DNA from: Promethearchaeota archaeon
GTDB lineage: Archaea; Asgardarchaeota; Heimdallarchaeia; Hodarchaeales; Hodarchaeaceae
DNA length: 14,382 nt
Assembly: GCA_048939725.1 (NCBI GenBank)
Contig: JBHLPG010000086.1
Span: forward strand, 1-14,382
Direction of reading: 5' to 3'
Shown here piece by piece: positions 13,822-14,382 of this stretch. The notes beneath the pieces were generated by a model, which was not told where the DNA came from, ran no database searches, and saw only the letters and a program-made list of their open reading frames with translations. The translations under genes were made by a program, and so were the position numbers. Each line of letters begins with the position of its first letter. Position 1 is the stretch's first letter.

Positions 13822-14382
13822 TTACAAAAATAATAGATATCGTGGTACTCTTTTCATATATTCTTGATATTCTTCCCCATACTTTTTTAAGCAAGCTTGT
13901 TCCTGTGCAAGTATATGAAAGTGATTAAAAAGTCTTGAAAAACCAAAGAGATAAAAAAGAAACCATGATCCGACTGAAAAACAAGTACCAAAAAAAGCAA
14001 TTGAAAGCATTGTTTCCTGGGGGTTTCGCGAATATTTATAGAGACCTCGAGTTACTGGTTCATCTAGAGGAGTCTCTTTGAAGTTGATTACAGCGATAAC
14101 TTCCCCAACAATCCCCAGTACAAATAAAAATAATCCAAAATAGAATTCTAGTTTTCCAATCATGAGGGGAGTGAATATTAGAATAATCTGAAACATAAGA
14201 ACTATGAATTTTGATATGCTCGTGAGAATTTTTTGATACTTAGTGAAATTTGATCGATCTAATAAGCGAGAACGAACCTCCTTAGGCATAATTACTAATA
14301 TACTAGGTTGTATAATAGCTACGCTCAATATGAAGAGCCAACCACTAAAAAACGACAATTCCAGTTGGGGGAAGAACTCCAT
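13822..14382 (-). CDS. Polytopic membrane methyltransferase of the ICMT / PEMT (isoprenylcysteine carboxyl or phospholipid methyltransferase) family
   Basis: There are four to five hydrophobic helices. The family motifs are PVTRGLYKYSRNPQETMLSIAFFG (compare G-x-Y-x-x-x-R-H-P-x-Y) and the C-terminal EQACLKKYGEEYQEYMKRVPRYL (compare E-E-x-x-L-x-x-x-F-G-x-x-Y-x-x-Y). The ATG is the last three bases of the window, so a longer N-terminus cannot be excluded. Confidence 0.6.
   Translation of the reverse strand: MEFFPQLELSFFSGWLFILSVAIIQPSILVIMPKEVRSRLLDRSNFTKYQKILTSISKFIVLMFQIILIFTPLMIGKLEFYFGLFLFVLGIVGEVIAVINFKETPLDEPVTRGLYKYSRNPQETMLSIAFFGTCFSVGSWFLFYLFGFSRLFNHFHILAQEQACLKKYGEEYQEYMKRVPRYLLFL

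Noticed and set aside
5445-14382. A eukaryote-like Rab plus ICMT pairing, that is, the ICMT-family methyltransferase at 13822..14382 processing the small GTPase at 5445..6005.
   Set aside because: The GTPase ends in ERLYQ with no C-terminal cysteine, so it cannot be a prenyl-Cys methylation substrate. The genes are 8 kb apart with unrelated genes between them. This family is also widespread in prokaryotes with other substrates.
10975-14382. Treating the three co-oriented genes (methyltransferase, radical SAM, histidine kinase) as one operon or novel signalling system.
   Set aside because: A 189-nt gap lies before the kinase, with a T5 tract right after the radical SAM stop and a separate palindromic TATA-like element. 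No known functional link exists, and there is no response regulator. The evidence is insufficient.

Overview
This is an AT-rich window of roughly one-third GC by eye. Several signals look archaeal. The two tRNA-Gln genes have the archaeal AGCCCCGUGGUGUAG 5-prime half, an A1:U72 pair and no encoded CCA. TATA-like boxes sit about 25-30 nt upstream of the tRNA 5-prime ends. Short oligo-T tracts follow genes, and there is a Rab-like small GTPase with no lipidation motif. I infer an Asgard (Loki-like) archaeon, but I cannot prove this without searches.

Contents, left to right:
(1) A giant minus-strand ORF (5152 down to the window edge, 1717 codons, no stop) that is missing from the supplied ORF track. 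It encodes a signal-peptide-bearing surface protein with DUF2341-like, LamG-like, BNR/Asp-box and carboxypeptidase-regulatory-like regions, followed by at least 8 divergent ~100-aa beta-sandwich repeats.
(2) A Rab-like small GTPase with a TTG start.
(3) A decayed C-terminal fragment of a second GTPase paralog in the supposedly empty spacer.
(4) A saccharopine-dehydrogenase-family oxidoreductase with a C-terminal hydrophobic tail.
(5) An FMN-dependent nitronate monooxygenase / FabK-like protein.
(6) A bacterial-type glutaminyl-tRNA synthetase, immediately followed by convergent tRNA-Gln(CUG) and tRNA-Gln(UUG).
(7) A polytopic orphan sensor histidine kinase.
(8) A PflX-like radical SAM protein.
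(9) An ICMT/PEMT-family membrane methyltransferase.

The most notable observation is the GlnRS plus both tRNA-Gln cluster in a domain that classically lacks GlnRS. No CRISPR array, rRNA gene or recognisable mobile element was seen. All translations and tRNA folds were done by hand. Family assignments rest on recalled motifs, not on searches.
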